Assembly (NCBI GenBank): GCA_032718475.1
Contig: JAUCBJ010003571.1
Coordinates: forward strand, 34,659-98,658
Source of the DNA: Nemertoderma westbladi
Taxonomy: Eukaryota > Animalia > Xenacoelomorpha
Direction of reading: 5' to 3'
Length of the DNA: 64,000 bases
Shown here: piece by piece, positions 15,101 through 30,100 of the stretch
Position numbering within the stretch: position 1 is the stretch's first letter
Layout of the letters: every line of letters begins with the position of its first letter
Program-made: the position numbers and the translations under genes
Notes under the pieces: model-generated
Told to the model about the DNA's origin: nothing
Databases searched by the model: none
What the model saw: the letters and a program-made list of their open reading frames with translations, nothing else

Positions 15101-18100
15101 CCGACCTAGAGCCAAAACGACTCTAACGAATTGGATGAAATTTTGCATGAACCATGGAAATAGATTTCTATGTGTACTTGTGAAATCGCGGTTTAAATTG
15201 AAATATCTCAACTTGTTCTATTTCGAGAAATAGCGCCAAAACACGAAAATTGACATAGGCAATGATAAAAACACCAGCTAGCACTCATGAAAAATGTATA
15301 GAGATGGTCTGGTAATGCATTCAATAGGAAGGGACAACTAACAAAGAAGTAATTTCTGTGCCAAGTATTATCACTCTACTCTTATATATATTCTCTCTTC
15401 CGATTCTCATGATGGTGATGTGCCGATTCTAATGTCATAGCGTCGTTTGTTGCTGCCAGTGGGTTGAATACGGATACGTCGAAAGACTGCTGGAATCGGT
15501 TACCCCAGAAGCTGCTCGCTGACACATCCAGTCTCGCCTGCTGGTCCGTGGAAGTTGTATGATGCGAGAAGGTTTCGCTGGATATTGTCTGTAGCAGTGG
15601 TTCGACAGCAACGTTGTAGACGATCTCAGTCAGCGAGCTGGCAACAAAATCGCGAATCTCGTTGTGCCTGATGGAGGGAAATCCCCCAGTGGTACACGAA
15701 AGGACGTGGGAAGCAGTAAATCGCGACCCACAGGCACAACGAGATGGGAGATTCTTTGGAATCCAACTGTAATGGAGTCACAACGTATCCTGGAACTCTT
15801 CTTTACTAAGGTGAGTCTCGTGTAATGTCATTGCCTTGCAATTTAACCATGCGGATGCACCTACCTATGTTGTTAGTTCACACAGTTTACGTTGTTCTGT
15901 AGATAATTGCAATTGTACCTCTTATTTTTAGTGGCGGCCGCAATTACCGATTCCGACTTAATGAGGTTTACGATGTGGAACTGCTCTACCCTCACAGCTG
16001 CCATTGATGCAGAGGTTGACAAAGGTTCGCATACCCGATGTGAATGGACATACTCCAGTTCCAAGTCAGCAGCAACAGGGATACCCAGCCCGCCGTTCCG
16101 AACCAGGAGAGCGAACAGTTGACACACAGAGGGGGATAGCGATGGATGGTCGTGGAGCCGGCGAAGGAACCGTTGTACTGATTCTTTCATTTTCCCGAAA
16201 TTAACGGTTGCGTCTGGGATTACTCGCGTAAGGAATCGCCATCGGCAGGATAACCCGAACGCTAAACCTGCGTATGTACAGTGTGGATCCACTGTGGTGA
16301 TCTCTTAGAGAAGATCAACCTCCTCGGCTAACTCTTCTACCTTCTCCTCAATGTACCTGACATGGAATTCATTGGTCCCAATAACGCCACCCAGTAATTA
16401 GTTCCCCGTAGAATTGATGGAGACTGTCGTATTTTTCGACGTCCAATTCCTCAGCTTCGGCTACTTTATCCGGTTTGTCAGTTAGACAACACTTGGATGG
16501 GTAGTAGCCATACAGAGTGGTCCTCTGGTCCACGCGATTTCCCAGAACTTTCTCAGTTCAACTAACCAACCCCCCGCGTTCCCATCGCCTGTAAACCATT
16601 TCTGGTCCACGTCCGATCCGCGATCCAGCTCATCTAATAGTGGCATTATTCCGCAACCGAACATTGGCATGGCAACTGGGTCCCCTTGGGTAGAACCCTC
16701 TTCGGAATATAGGGTTTCCCCGCCGACGAATAATTGGGCAGGTTCGCTATAGCAGTTAGTCACAATTGTGTGGAGTGGAGTTTGCCAATATTATGCAACG
16801 CCCCCTTGCGTTTTAGAACATTAAATGCATTGGTGGCATCGATCTGTAATATGGCGTCACAGTCTTCCGAGGCAAAGGAATTATTTAAACTGTGAATCAC
16901 ATACTCGATTCCCGCCTTCTGTCCAAGACACATCTGAACTGATCCCACCACCGCCTGTAGATCCGGACTAATGCAGAGGACTACGGCCTTTCCAACAATG
17001 CACCGGAGAACCTCGCCAATTCCAATGGGACGGATCCCAGGGTTCTTGTCTAGCACTAGCAACCGAGATGAAAACAGTGCAGACAATGACCCGGATGGAA
17101 CTATAACCTGGGCAACCCGTTTCGCTAGATCGGCAATTCTGTCACTGAGTTCCTTCGACTGGTTTCTAAACTTTGTTAGAAGGTGCTTCCACCCCTGAAC
17201 ATCCAGTCCAGATGGCTACCCTTCATCCTGTGTAGACATGACTGGATGCACTGCCCATCCAGACTTTCAAAAACAACCTCGTGGAACTCTGTAAGCAGTA
17301 TCGATGCATCTGCAGGATTAGCCATTGGGTGCTTTTCATGTAGAACATCATGCACTACCCTGGTTCCCCGTTTCATCCAGCCCGAGTGGTTTCCCTCTCG
17401 ATAAATCCCTCAGACATAATTTAATCAATAATTATTATTGTAAAGAATGGTTTTTTTTAACTTTCAATAAACACAACAACATTTTCAACAAAGACACCGT
17501 ATCTCAATTTATATCACTCAAAAAAATTGTCTAGAATTTGAAATTGTCTAGAAAATTTATCATAGACCACCGGGACTACGCTCACACTAATTTATTATCA
17601 GACAGAACAAAAAGCTTTTACTTGACTCGTACTGTCTCCTACGACTTGCTTCACGGGCCGCTAGGCCCGTCTCTAGTTTTAAACAAAACAACAAACTAAT
17701 TTCAAAAGAACATGTTACAATATAATATTTGGTAGTAATCAGCTGTGATTTGAGTTGATTCGCTATTGAAGGATGAATTTTGAATGCGCCGTAAGCCACC
17801 CCCACCCTCCACCCCACTACCCTGGATTCGACTCATATTATGAATTCGAAAATATTACATATTAAATACTGAAAATGAATCTTTTGTTTAATAATTGGAC
17901 TTGGGACTCCATATTGAAGGAGGGAGTACATATTGAACTACAATAAATTAATATTAGTTAGTTGGGATATATAGTGAAACATTTCTTTGAACTTACCACC
18001 GTGTTATGTTCGAATATAACAGGTGCATCTATTGCAGCACCACTAATTTTACATTCCAAAGTCAATGATTCACCGACTACAATAACACCGCCGGTGCTGA

Positions 18101-21100
18101 CAGGGGATAACACACTCAACGTGGGTACTGCATCATAGCTTTCTGTTTAAAAAAAATATACAATCGTAGAAAAACTTTTGTAATCAAATAAAGTGCCATA
18201 ATACCAGGACAATAAATAGCCTGCCTCTCGGACAATACCCAATAAAGAGCCTACCTCAAGGGCAATACCCAATAAATAGCCTACCTCACGGACAATACCC
18301 AATAAAGAGCCTACCTCAAGGGCAATACCCAATAAATAGCCTACCTCACGGACAATACCCAATAAATAGCCTACCCCACGGACAATACCCAATAAATAGT
18401 CTACCTCACAGGCAATACCCAATAAATAGCCTTTAGTGTTTTATCATAACATAACATAATGTATTTCATAACTTGGAAAGGTTATCATTATAATGAGGAC
18501 TTACAAAGAAACAAAAGAGGAATTAGATAGTTCTCTTAGATGCCGATAAGGAACAAATTATTTAAATGTTAATAAAAATAAAAATGCCTTTAGGTACTAA
18601 ATTATATAGGCCTTACTCACTGTAGCAATGGCGATTTTTTGCTGTGTATCCTACGTCACAGTCGAATACTGGTGTGGCTGGCGCGGTAACTGCTGCAGCT
18701 GTGCACATCGGTAATTTTTGATCGCATTCAAATTCACAAACACCTCCTTGCACTGTTATATAACCTGTGTTACAACACTTTCCTGCACCACCAGAACAGC
18801 CTGATGTTTTACAGTTGTCGGTGTTACCTGCTCCACAGGCTGAAATGATATCTGTAAAAATCACAATAAAGTGATTGTGGTGATGCAATTGTGGTTACAA
18901 AAATTAATGTTACAATTAATACAGAAAGATTATTAAACTATATAAACATGATAATTAAATAAACTAATTACTAATTGAGAAAATAAGTTAATTAAGGTAA
19001 ATGTTCGGGGTCTTACCTGGCAGAAACAATAAATACTGATGTTAGTGAACGTTTTCGACCTTACCGGGCTACTTCAGACTTTATTATGATAAAAGTTAAA
19101 TTATTGTAATAATAATATTACGAGGGTTCTATGTGATTAGGTCCTAATAACATGTTATTAAGGAGAGATACGCATAAAACACAGGTTAGTAAAATACACA
19201 TAGTTTATTTAAAGCTACCATTAGATATGAGTAAAATGTATTTTATTAATTCGGGGTTGTTATGACAAAAAGCGATAACGAAATCGTACTCCGGTTCATG
19301 TATACGTGTTTAGGGCAGGTACAGTAAGATGTACAGTACACGAAGTGTTAAATAGGGGTTAAGAAATGAAATAATAATCGTTATATCGTGTACAAATACA
19401 AACAACCCAATCCCCAGGATGGTAAGACACAGAGTAAAAGGTATTAATAATATTGGGGTTAATGCGTTATGACAAAAGGCAAAAACGAAATCGTAAAATA
19501 ACCCAGTCCCAGGATGGTAAGACAACGCGTAAAAGGTATTAATAATATTGGAGTTAATATGTTATGGAATAGGGGCAATAACGAAGTCGTACTCCTGTGT
19601 GGGGTTAGACCTTAATTGACTTATTTTCGCAATTGGTAATTAGTTTATTTAATTACGATGCAACCCCTGGAATTGGCCTACCGTTGTATATCACAATATA
19701 AACATGATAACGTCTCTAACTAAACTCAATTTTGACTTACCAATGCACTGGGTCCCCTCTGCATTGTAAGTTTGTGCTGCATCAGAGCAGACTGTCTTAC
19801 AACTCCTCTCTCCTTGGCTACTTCGAACTGAAACAGATCCAGCAGCACACCTGAAATCAAAAGTAGATATCGAATAAACACTATTGATTACAATAAATTA
19901 ATTCAATAAAAATAATTTTCCACCGTAATAATTTAATTCTAATAAGAGTAGGTTGACTATAAGGTCATAAAAATTTTCACAAAATACAATTATATAACTG
20001 ACTGGATGGAGGCAATTTGTTAACTTTTCAAATATACCGCAAATTTTATAAATTTTGATAATTCGAATAATATTAGATAGAAGAATGTGAACTAGATCTG
20101 TCTGCACCTCAGTTTATCCCTAGTTCGCTCAGCCCTTGTGTGGGTCTGCGTGGTCGCCTTCATCTTGCCATCAAGCTATTCAACCTTCTCGTTCTGAGAT
20201 GGACCACCATCACATTCGAAAACATCGATGCAAATTTTTTAGTTTTGACAAAACCCAACAGTTTTGACAAAACCCAACAGTTTTGACAAAACCCAACAGT
20301 TTTGACAAAACCCAACAGTTTTGATAAAACCCAACAGTTTTGACAAAACCCAACAGTTTTGACAAAACCCAACAGTTTTGAAAAACCCAACAGTTTTGAT
20401 AAAACCCAACAGTTTTGAAAAACCCAACAGTTTTGATAAAACCCAACAGTTTTGAAAAACCCAACAGTTTTGACCAAACCCAACAGTTTTGATAAAACCC
20501 AACAGTTTTGACAAAACCCAACAGTTTTGAAAAAACCCAACAGTTTTGACAAAACCCAGCAGTTTTGACAATACCCAACAGTTTTGAAAAAAACCCAACA
20601 GTTTTGACAAAACCCAACAGTTTTGAAAAACCCAACAGTTTTGATAAAACCCAACAGTTTTGAAAAACCCAACAGTTTTGATAAAACCCAACAGTTTTGA
20701 AAAAAACCCAACAGTTTTGACAAAACCCAACAGTTTTGAAAAACCCAACAGTTTTGACAAAACCCAACAGTTTTGATAAAACCCAACAGTTTTAACAAAA
20801 CCCAGCAGTTTTGACAATACCCAACAGTTTTGAAAAAAACCCAACAGTTTTGACAAAACCCAACAGTTTTGAAAAACCCAACAGTTTTGACAAAACCCAA
20901 CAGTTTTGAAAAACCCAACAGTTTTGATAAAACCCAACAGTTTTGAAAAAAACCCAACAGTTTTGACAAAACCCAACAGTTTTGAAAAACCCAACAGTTT
21001 TGATAAAACCCAACAGTTTTAACAAAACCCAACAGTTTTGAAAAACCCAACAGTTTTGATAAAACCCAACAATTTTGATAAAACCCAACAGTTTTGAAAA

Positions 21101-24100
21101 AAACCCAACAGTTTTGACAAAACCCAACAGTTTTGAAAAACCCAACAGTTTTGATAAAACCCAACAGTTTTGAAAAGCCCAACAGTTTTGACAAAACCCA
21201 ACAGTTTTGATAAAACCCAACAGTTTTGACAAAACCCAGCAGTTTTGACAATACCCAACAGTTTTGAAAAAAACCCAACAGTTTTGACAAAACCCAACAG
21301 TTTTGAAAAACCCAACAGTTTTGATAAAACCCAACAGTTTTGAAAAACCCAACAGTTTTGACAAAACCCAACAGTTTTGAAAAACCCAACAGTTTTGATA
21401 AAACCCAACAGTTTTGACAATACCCAACAGTTTTGAAAAAACCCAACAGTTTTGACAAAACCCAACAGTTTTGAAAAACCCAACAGTTTTGATAAAACCC
21501 AACAGTTTTGAAAAACCCAACAGTTTTGACAAAACCCAACAGTTTTGAAAAACCCAACAGTTTTGATAAAACCCAACAGTTTTGACAAAACCCAACAGTT
21601 TTGAAAAACCCAACAGTTTTGACAAAACCCAACAGTTTTGACAAAACCCAACAGTTTTGACAAAACCCAACAGTTTTGACAAAATCCAACAGTTTTGACA
21701 ATACCCAACAGTTTTGAAAAAACCCAACAGTTTTGACAAAACCCAACAGTTTTGAAAAACCCAACAGTTTTGACAAAACCAACAGTTTTGACAAAACCCA
21801 ACAGGTTTGTCCAAGCCCATCAGATTTGAAAAAACCCAACAGGTTTGACAAAACCCAACAGTTTTGGCACATAATTTATTACGAGGAACAGTCTCAATCA
21901 TATTGCTATATTGTGTCTGTTTATCGCTTTGGTTAGAATAATTTTGTTGGTTCTTACATGATATTTGAAAGCACTGCATAATTATCAATACATTCAATCA
22001 TATTAAACCAGGAGGTCAATCCAACCGTTCTTTTTTTGTTATATCTCTGAAGCACACTGAGTTGGGAATCGGAAATGTTATGACATTTCCTAAAAATCTT
22101 TTGTCTTCGTAATAGTGAAAACTGTTTTTGAAATATAGCACCATTTGCCCCTATATTTTTAAGCCATTTTTGAGAATTCCTTTCCATGAAATATGAATTG
22201 TAGCATCTCTATTTTTGAGTAACCTGTTTTTGGGTTCGATATGGAATACATATAAAATGTGCTAGAAATTTGAAAATCCATCCAGTAGATGAATTAATTG
22301 TGACATCTTGTTTCTTTTACGATATATACGATTTGCGATATACTCAAAAATAGAGATGTGCAGGAGTATTTCGTACATGTGTAGGAGTTCTGAGTCCGAT
22401 GGAGTAAAATAAAATGCTACTAGACAGACATCTTAAACATCTTAAACTTGCATTTTTGTAAGTGCAAAATGTGGTGTAAGCACCAAAATTTTACGCAATT
22501 TTGCACACTGGCAATGAACTGAATAAAGTATTTGAAATATATCCATTATAATCAACTATTGACATCTTTCATAATAATACCGTAACCGTAACATATAATA
22601 CGCATTTTGGTGATTTAATTACCAATTTGTTGAAGAAATAAATACTTTGTTGTTGTAGACTAGTAAATCATATTACAATTCCTGATTTAGGTAATCCTAA
22701 CTTACTTATTTTGGTTATATTTCCAATAAAACGATATTCTTAGTTTGAAATTAACTTTAAATAATATAGAGGTAAAAGTTGTGATAAAAAACCTAAAAGT
22801 TATTTTCTGCTATTTACAACTTACCTGCAGGAGAGTTTGTCAGTACCGATACATTGGCAATTAGTAGAACCGGGAGCACATTCGTAAGGGGCGCAGACAC
22901 CCCGGTTTACAGGGTCTATTATGTACCCAGTCTTACATTGTTGGTTAATACCGTTATTCTCTGCTTGGCAACCACTCGATTTAGTTGGGTTACAATCTAC
23001 GATAATTAATAATTGCATGTATGAAATTTATTCGTTTCTTACTATTTGATTACAATTTTGTCATTAATAGACAGTTAGAGATACAGAGAACAAATAATCG
23101 TAAACCAGGATATACTGCACAGAGTGACAAATTCTGAATATAATTTGATGTTTAAAATTCCGTAATACGCTTACGTAAGAATAGCAGTTCTGTTCACTTA
23201 ATATTTACAATTATTATAAAAATAATAAATTCCATAATTATTCGCAATTCTAAATTTACAATTTAAATTGGAATTCTTCTTCAGATGCATTGTATAATAT
23301 AATGCAGTATTTATTATTCCACACAATATGAATTTATTTCTAGAAAGATAATGATATGCTTTCTCTGCCAACAATAAAATTACATATAATAAATTAATTC
23401 AATAAATCAGTGAGAACATTATAATATATTTTAACCAACTCACAATTATTAATAGAAATTGTAATATCAGATGACGTCATGGTAGCTATAACATTGGATT
23501 TGGTTCCTTGACAACGGTAGATTCCAGCGTCGCTAGCAACCGGGTTTGTTATTGTGTATTCCGCCGACGCCTATAGATATTACATATATATATGTATATT
23601 ACAGATTATAAATTTAGCAAGTCAAAGCCGTTGGGGTGTGGGATCCGGTTACAAAAATTAAATATATAAATATAATTGTAAGGAAACCAAGATCAACCAC
23701 GTTAAATAAAAATTATAAGAAATTACACAAGCTTTCGAAATAATATAATATAGTAGTTCTTGTGACCTAATCAATTAATTTTCAATAAAGGGTATATCGA
23801 TATTAATGGATATTACTTACACTAGAATATTAGCTCAATGCTTTGATTTAACTTAACTTACTGCAGATTACTTACCCAACATGAGCTCAATGCACTGATT
23901 TAACTTAAACTTACTAGAGATTACTTACCCAACATAGCTCAATGCACTGCTTTAACTTAACTTACTGGAGATTACTTACCAAACATGAGCCCAATGCACT
24001 GATTTAAATTTACTTACTGGATATTACTTACCCAACATGAGCTCAACGCACTGATGTAACTTAACTTACTGGAGATTACTTACCCAACATGAGCTCAATG

Positions 24101-27100
24101 CACTGATTTAACTTAACTTACTGGAGATTACTTACTCAACATGAGCTCAATGCACTGCTTTAACTTAACTTACTGGAGATAACTTACACAACATGAGCTC
24201 AATGCACTGATTTAACTAACTTAATGGATATTACTTACCCAACATGAGCTCAATGCACTGATTTAACTTAACTTACTGGAGATTACTTACCCAACATAGC
24301 TCAATGCACTGCTTTAACTTAAACTTACTGGAGATTACTTACGCAACATGAGATCAATGCACTGATTTAACTTAACTTACTGGAGATTACTTACCAAACA
24401 TGAGCTCAATGCACTGATTTAACTTAACTTACTGGAGATTACTTACCCAACATGAGCTCAATGCACTGCTTTAACTTAACTTACTGGAGATTACTTACCC
24501 AACATGAGCTCAATGCACTGCTTTAACTTAACTTACTGGAGATTACTTACCAAACATGAGCTCAATGCACTGATTTAACTTAACTTACTGGAGATTACTT
24601 ACCCAACATGAGCTCAATTCACTGCTTTAACATAACTTACTGGAGATTACTTACCCAACATAGCTCAATGCACTGCTTTAACTTAAACTTACTGGAGATT
24701 ACTTACCCAACATGAGCTCAATGCACTGCTTTAACTTAAACTTACTGGAGATTACTTACCCTACATGAGCTCAATGCACTGCTTTAACTTAACTTACTGG
24801 AGATTACTTACCCAACATGAGCTCAATGCAATGCTTTAACTTAACTTACTGGAGATTACTTACCCAACATAGCTCAATGCACTGTTTTAACTTAACTTAC
24901 TGGAGATTACTTACCAAACATGAGCCCAATGCACTGATTTAAATTTACTTACTGGATATTACTTACCCAACATGAGCTCAACGCACTGATGTAACTTAAC
25001 TTACTGGAGATTACTTACCCAAAATGAGCTCAATGCACTGATTTAACTTAACTTACTGGGATTACCTACTCAACATGAGCTCAATGCACTGCTTTAACTT
25101 AACTTACTGGAGATAACTTACACAACATGAGCTCAATGCACTGATTTAACTAACTTAATGGATATTACTTACCCAACATGAGCTCAATGCACTGATTTAA
25201 CTTAACTTACTGGAGATTACTTACCCAACATGAGCTCAATTCACTGCTTTAACATAACTTACTGGAGATTACTTACCCAACATAGCTCAATGCACTGCTT
25301 TAACTTAAACTTACTGGAGATTACTTACCCAACATGAGCTCAATGCACTGCTTTAACTTAAACTTACTGGAGATTACTTACCCAACATGAGCTCAATGCA
25401 CTGATTTAACTTAACTTACTGGATATTACTTACCCAACATGAGCTCAATTCACTGCTTTAACATAACTTACTGGAGATTACTTACCCAACATAGCTCAAT
25501 GCACTGCTTTAACTTAATTTACTGGAGATTACTTACCCAACATGAGCTCAATGCACTGCTTTAACTTAATTTACTGGAGATTACTTACCCAACATGAGCT
25601 CAATGCACTGCTTTAACTTAAACTTACTGGAGATTACTTACCCAACATGAGCTCAATGCACTGATTTAACTTAACTTACTGGAGATTACTTACCCAACAT
25701 GAGCTCAATTCACTGCTTTAACATAACTTACTGGAGATTACTTACCCAACATAGCTCAATGCACTGCTTTAACTTAAACTTACTGGAGAATACTTACCCA
25801 ACATGAGCTCAATTCACTGCTTTAACATAACTTACTGGAGATTACTTACCCAACATAGCTCAATGCACTGCTTTAACTTAAACTTACTGGAGATTACTTA
25901 CCCAACATGAGCTCAATGCACTGATTTAACTTAACTTACTGGAGATTACTTACCCAACATGAGCTCAATGCACTGCTTTAACTTAACTTACTGGAGATTA
26001 CTTACCCAACATGAGCTCAATGCACTGCTTTAACTTAAACTTACTGGAGATTACTTACCAAACATGAGCTCAATGCACTGCTTTAACTTAAACTTACTGG
26101 AGATTACTTACCCAACATGAGCTCAATGCACTGCTTTAACTTAAACTTACTGGAGATTACTTACCCAACATGAGCTCAATGCACTGCTTTAACTTAAACT
26201 TACTGGAGATAACTTACCCAACATGAGCTCAATGCACTGCTTTAACTTAAACTTACTGGAGATTACTTACCCAACATAGCTCAATGCACTGCTTTAACTT
26301 AAACTTACTGGAGATTACTTACCCAACATGAGCTCAATGCACTGATTTAACTTAACTTACTGGAGATTACTTACCCAACATAGCTCAATGCACTGCTTTA
26401 ACTTAAACTTACTGGAGATTACTTACCCAACATGAGCTCAATGCACTGATTTAACTTAACTTACTGGAGATTACTTACCCAACATGAGCTCAATGCACTG
26501 CTTTAACTTAACTTACTGGAGATTACTTACCCAACATGAGCTCAATGCACTGCTTTAACTTAAACTTACTGGAGATTACTTACCCAACATGAGCTCAATG
26601 CACTGATTTAACTTAACTTACTGGAGATTACTTACCCAACATGAGCTCAATGCACTGCTTTAACTTAACTTACTGGAGATTACTTACCCAACATGAGCTC
26701 AATTCACTGCTTTAACATAACTTACTGGAGATTACTTACCCAACATAGCTCAATGCACTGCTTTAACTTAAACTTACTGGAGATTACTTACCCAACATGA
26801 GCTCAATGCACTGATTTAACTTAAACTTACTGGAGATTATTTACCCAACATGAGCTCAATGCACTGCTTTAACTTAAACTTACTGGAGATTACTTACCCA
26901 ACATGAGCTCAATGCACTGATTTAACTTAAACTTACTGGAGATTATTTACCCAACATGAGCTCAATGCACTGATTTAACTTAACTTACTGGAGATTACTT
27001 ACCCAACATGAGCTCAATGCACTGATTTAACTTAACTTACTGGAGATTACTTACCCAACATGAGCTCAATTCACTGCTTTAACATAACTTACTGGAGATT

Positions 27101-30100
27101 ACTTACCCAACATGAGCTCAATTCACTGCTTTAACATAACTTACTGGAGATTACTTACCCAACATAGCTCAATGCACTGCTTTAACTTAAACTTACTGGA
27201 GAATACTTACCCAACATGAGCTCAATGCACTGATTTAACTTAACTTACTGGAGATTACTTACCCAACATGAGCTCAATGCACTGCTTTAACTTAACTTAC
27301 TGGAGATTACTTACCCAACATGAGCTCAATGCACTGCTTTAACTTAAACTTACTGGAGATTACTTACCAAACATGAGCTCAATGCACTGCTTTAACTTAA
27401 ACTTACTGGAGATTACTTACCCAACATGAGCTCAATGCACTGCTTTAACTTAAACTTACTGGAGATTACTTACCCAACATGAGCTCAATGCACTGCTTTA
27501 ACTTAAACTTACTGGAGATAACTTACCCAACATGAGCTCAATGCACTGCTTTAACTTAAACTTACTGGAGATTACTTACCCAACATAGCTCAATGCACTG
27601 CTTTAACTTAAACTTACTGGAGATTACTTACCCAACATGAGCTCAATGCACTGATTTAACTTAACTTACTGGAGATTACTTACCCAACATAGCTCAATGC
27701 ACTGCTTTAACTTAAACTTACTGGAGATTACTTACCCAACATGAGCTCAATGCACTGATTTAACTTAACTTACTGGAGATTACTTACCCAACATGAGCTC
27801 AATGCACTGCTTTAACTTAACTTACTGGAGATTACTTACCCAACATGAGCTCAATGCACTGCTTTAACTTAAACTTACTGGAGATTACTTACCCAACATG
27901 AGCTCAATGCACTGATTTAACTTAACTTACTGGAGATTACTTACCCAACATGAGCTCAATGCACTGCTTTAACTTAACTTACTGGAGATTACTTACCCAA
28001 CATGAGCTCAATTCACTGCTTTAACATAACTTACTGGAGATTACTTACCCAACATAGCTCAATGCACTGCTTTAACTTAAACTTACTGGAGATTACTTAC
28101 CCAACATGAGCTCAATGCACTGATTTAACTTAAACTTACTGGAGATTATTTACCCAACATGAGCTCAATGCACTGCTTTAACTTAAACTTACTGGAGATT
28201 ACTTACCCAACATGAGCTCAATGCACTGATTTAACTTAAACTTACTGGAGATTATTTACCCAACATGAGCTCAATGCACTGATTTAACTTAACTTACTGG
28301 AGATTACTTACCCAACATGAGCTCAATGCACTGATTTAACTTAACTTACTGGAGATTACTTACCCAACATGAGCTCAATTCACTGCTTTAACATAACTTA
28401 CTGGAGATTACTTACCCAACATGAGCTCAATGCACTGCTTTAACTTAATTTACTGGAGATTACTTACCCAACATGAGCTCAATGCACTGATTTAACTTAA
28501 ACTTACTGGAGATTATTTACCCAACATGAGCTCAATGCACTGATTTAACTTAACTTACTGGAGATTACTTACCCAACATGAGCTCAATGCACTGATTTAA
28601 CTTAACTTACTGGAGATTACTTACCCAACATGAGCTCAATTCACTGCTTTAACATAACTTACTGGAGATTACTTACCCAACATGAGCTCAATGCACTGCT
28701 TTAACTTAACTTACTGGAGATTACTTACCCAACATGAGCTCAATGCACTGCTTTAACTTAAACTTACTGAAGATTACTTACCCAACATGAGCTCAATGCA
28801 CTGATTTAACTTAAACTTACTGGAGATTATTTACCCAACATGAGCTCAATGCTTGGATTTAACTTAACTTACTGGAGATTACTTACCCAACATGAGCTCA
28901 ATGCACTGCTTTAACTTAAACTTACTGGAGATTACTTACCCAACATGAGCTCAATGCACTGCTTTAACTTAAACTTACTAGAGATTGCTTACCCAACATG
29001 AGCTCAATGCACTGATTTAACTTAAACTTACTGGAGATTATTTACCCAACATGAGCTCAATGCACTGATTTAACTTAACTTACTGGAGATTACTTACCCA
29101 ACATGAGCTCAATGCACTGCTTTAACTTAACTTACTGGAGATTACTTACCCAACATGAGCTCAATGCACTGCTTTAACTTAAACTTACTGGAGATTACTT
29201 ACCCAATATGAGCTCAATGCACTGCTTTAACTTAACTTACTGGAGATTACTTACCCAACATGAGCTCAATGCACTGCTTTAACTTAAACTTACTGGAGAT
29301 TACTTACCCAACATGAGCTCAATGCACTGATTTAACTTAAACTTACTGGAGATTACTTACCCAACATGAGCTCAATGCACTGCTTTAACTTAACTTACTG
29401 GAGATTACTTACCCAACATGAGCTCAATGCACTGATTTAACTTAAACTTACTGGAGATTACTTACCCAACATGAGCTCAATGCACTGCTTTAACTTAAAC
29501 TTACTGGAGATTACTTACCCAACATGAGCTCAATGCACTGCTTTAACTTAAACTTACTGGAGATTATTTACCCAACATGAGCTCAATGCACTGCTTTAAC
29601 TTAAACTTACTGGAGATTACTTACCCAACATGAGCTCAATGCACTGATTTAACTTAACTTACTGGAGATTACTTACCCAACATGAGCTCAATTCACTGCT
29701 TTAACATAACTTACTGGAGATTACTTACCCAACATAGCTCAATGCACTGCTTTAACTTAATTTACTGGAGATTACTTACCCAACATGAGCTCAATGCACT
29801 GATTTAACTTAACTTACTGGAGATTACTTACCCAACATGAGCTCAATGCACTGATTTAACTTAAACTTACTGGAGATTACTTACCCAACATGAGCTCAAT
29901 GCACTGATTTAACTTAAACTTACTGGAGATTACTTACCCAACATGAGCTCAATGCACTGATTTAACTTAAACTTACTGGAGATTACTTACCCAACATGAG
30001 CTCAATGCACTGCTTTAACTTAAACTTACTGGAGATTACTTACCCAACATGAGCTCAATGCACTGCTTTAACTTAACTTACTGGAGATTACTTACCAAAC

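Noticed and set aside
19045-19079. Penelope-type hammerhead-like motif on the minus strand (CTGAAGTA..CGAAAAC)
   Set aside because: The core deviates from CUGANGA/GAAA and flanking stems are not evident; at most a dead relic.
20160-21997. 570-aa and overlapping minus-strand ORFs
   Set aside because: All three frames are open only because the 18-20 bp repeat lacks stops; no protein-like content.
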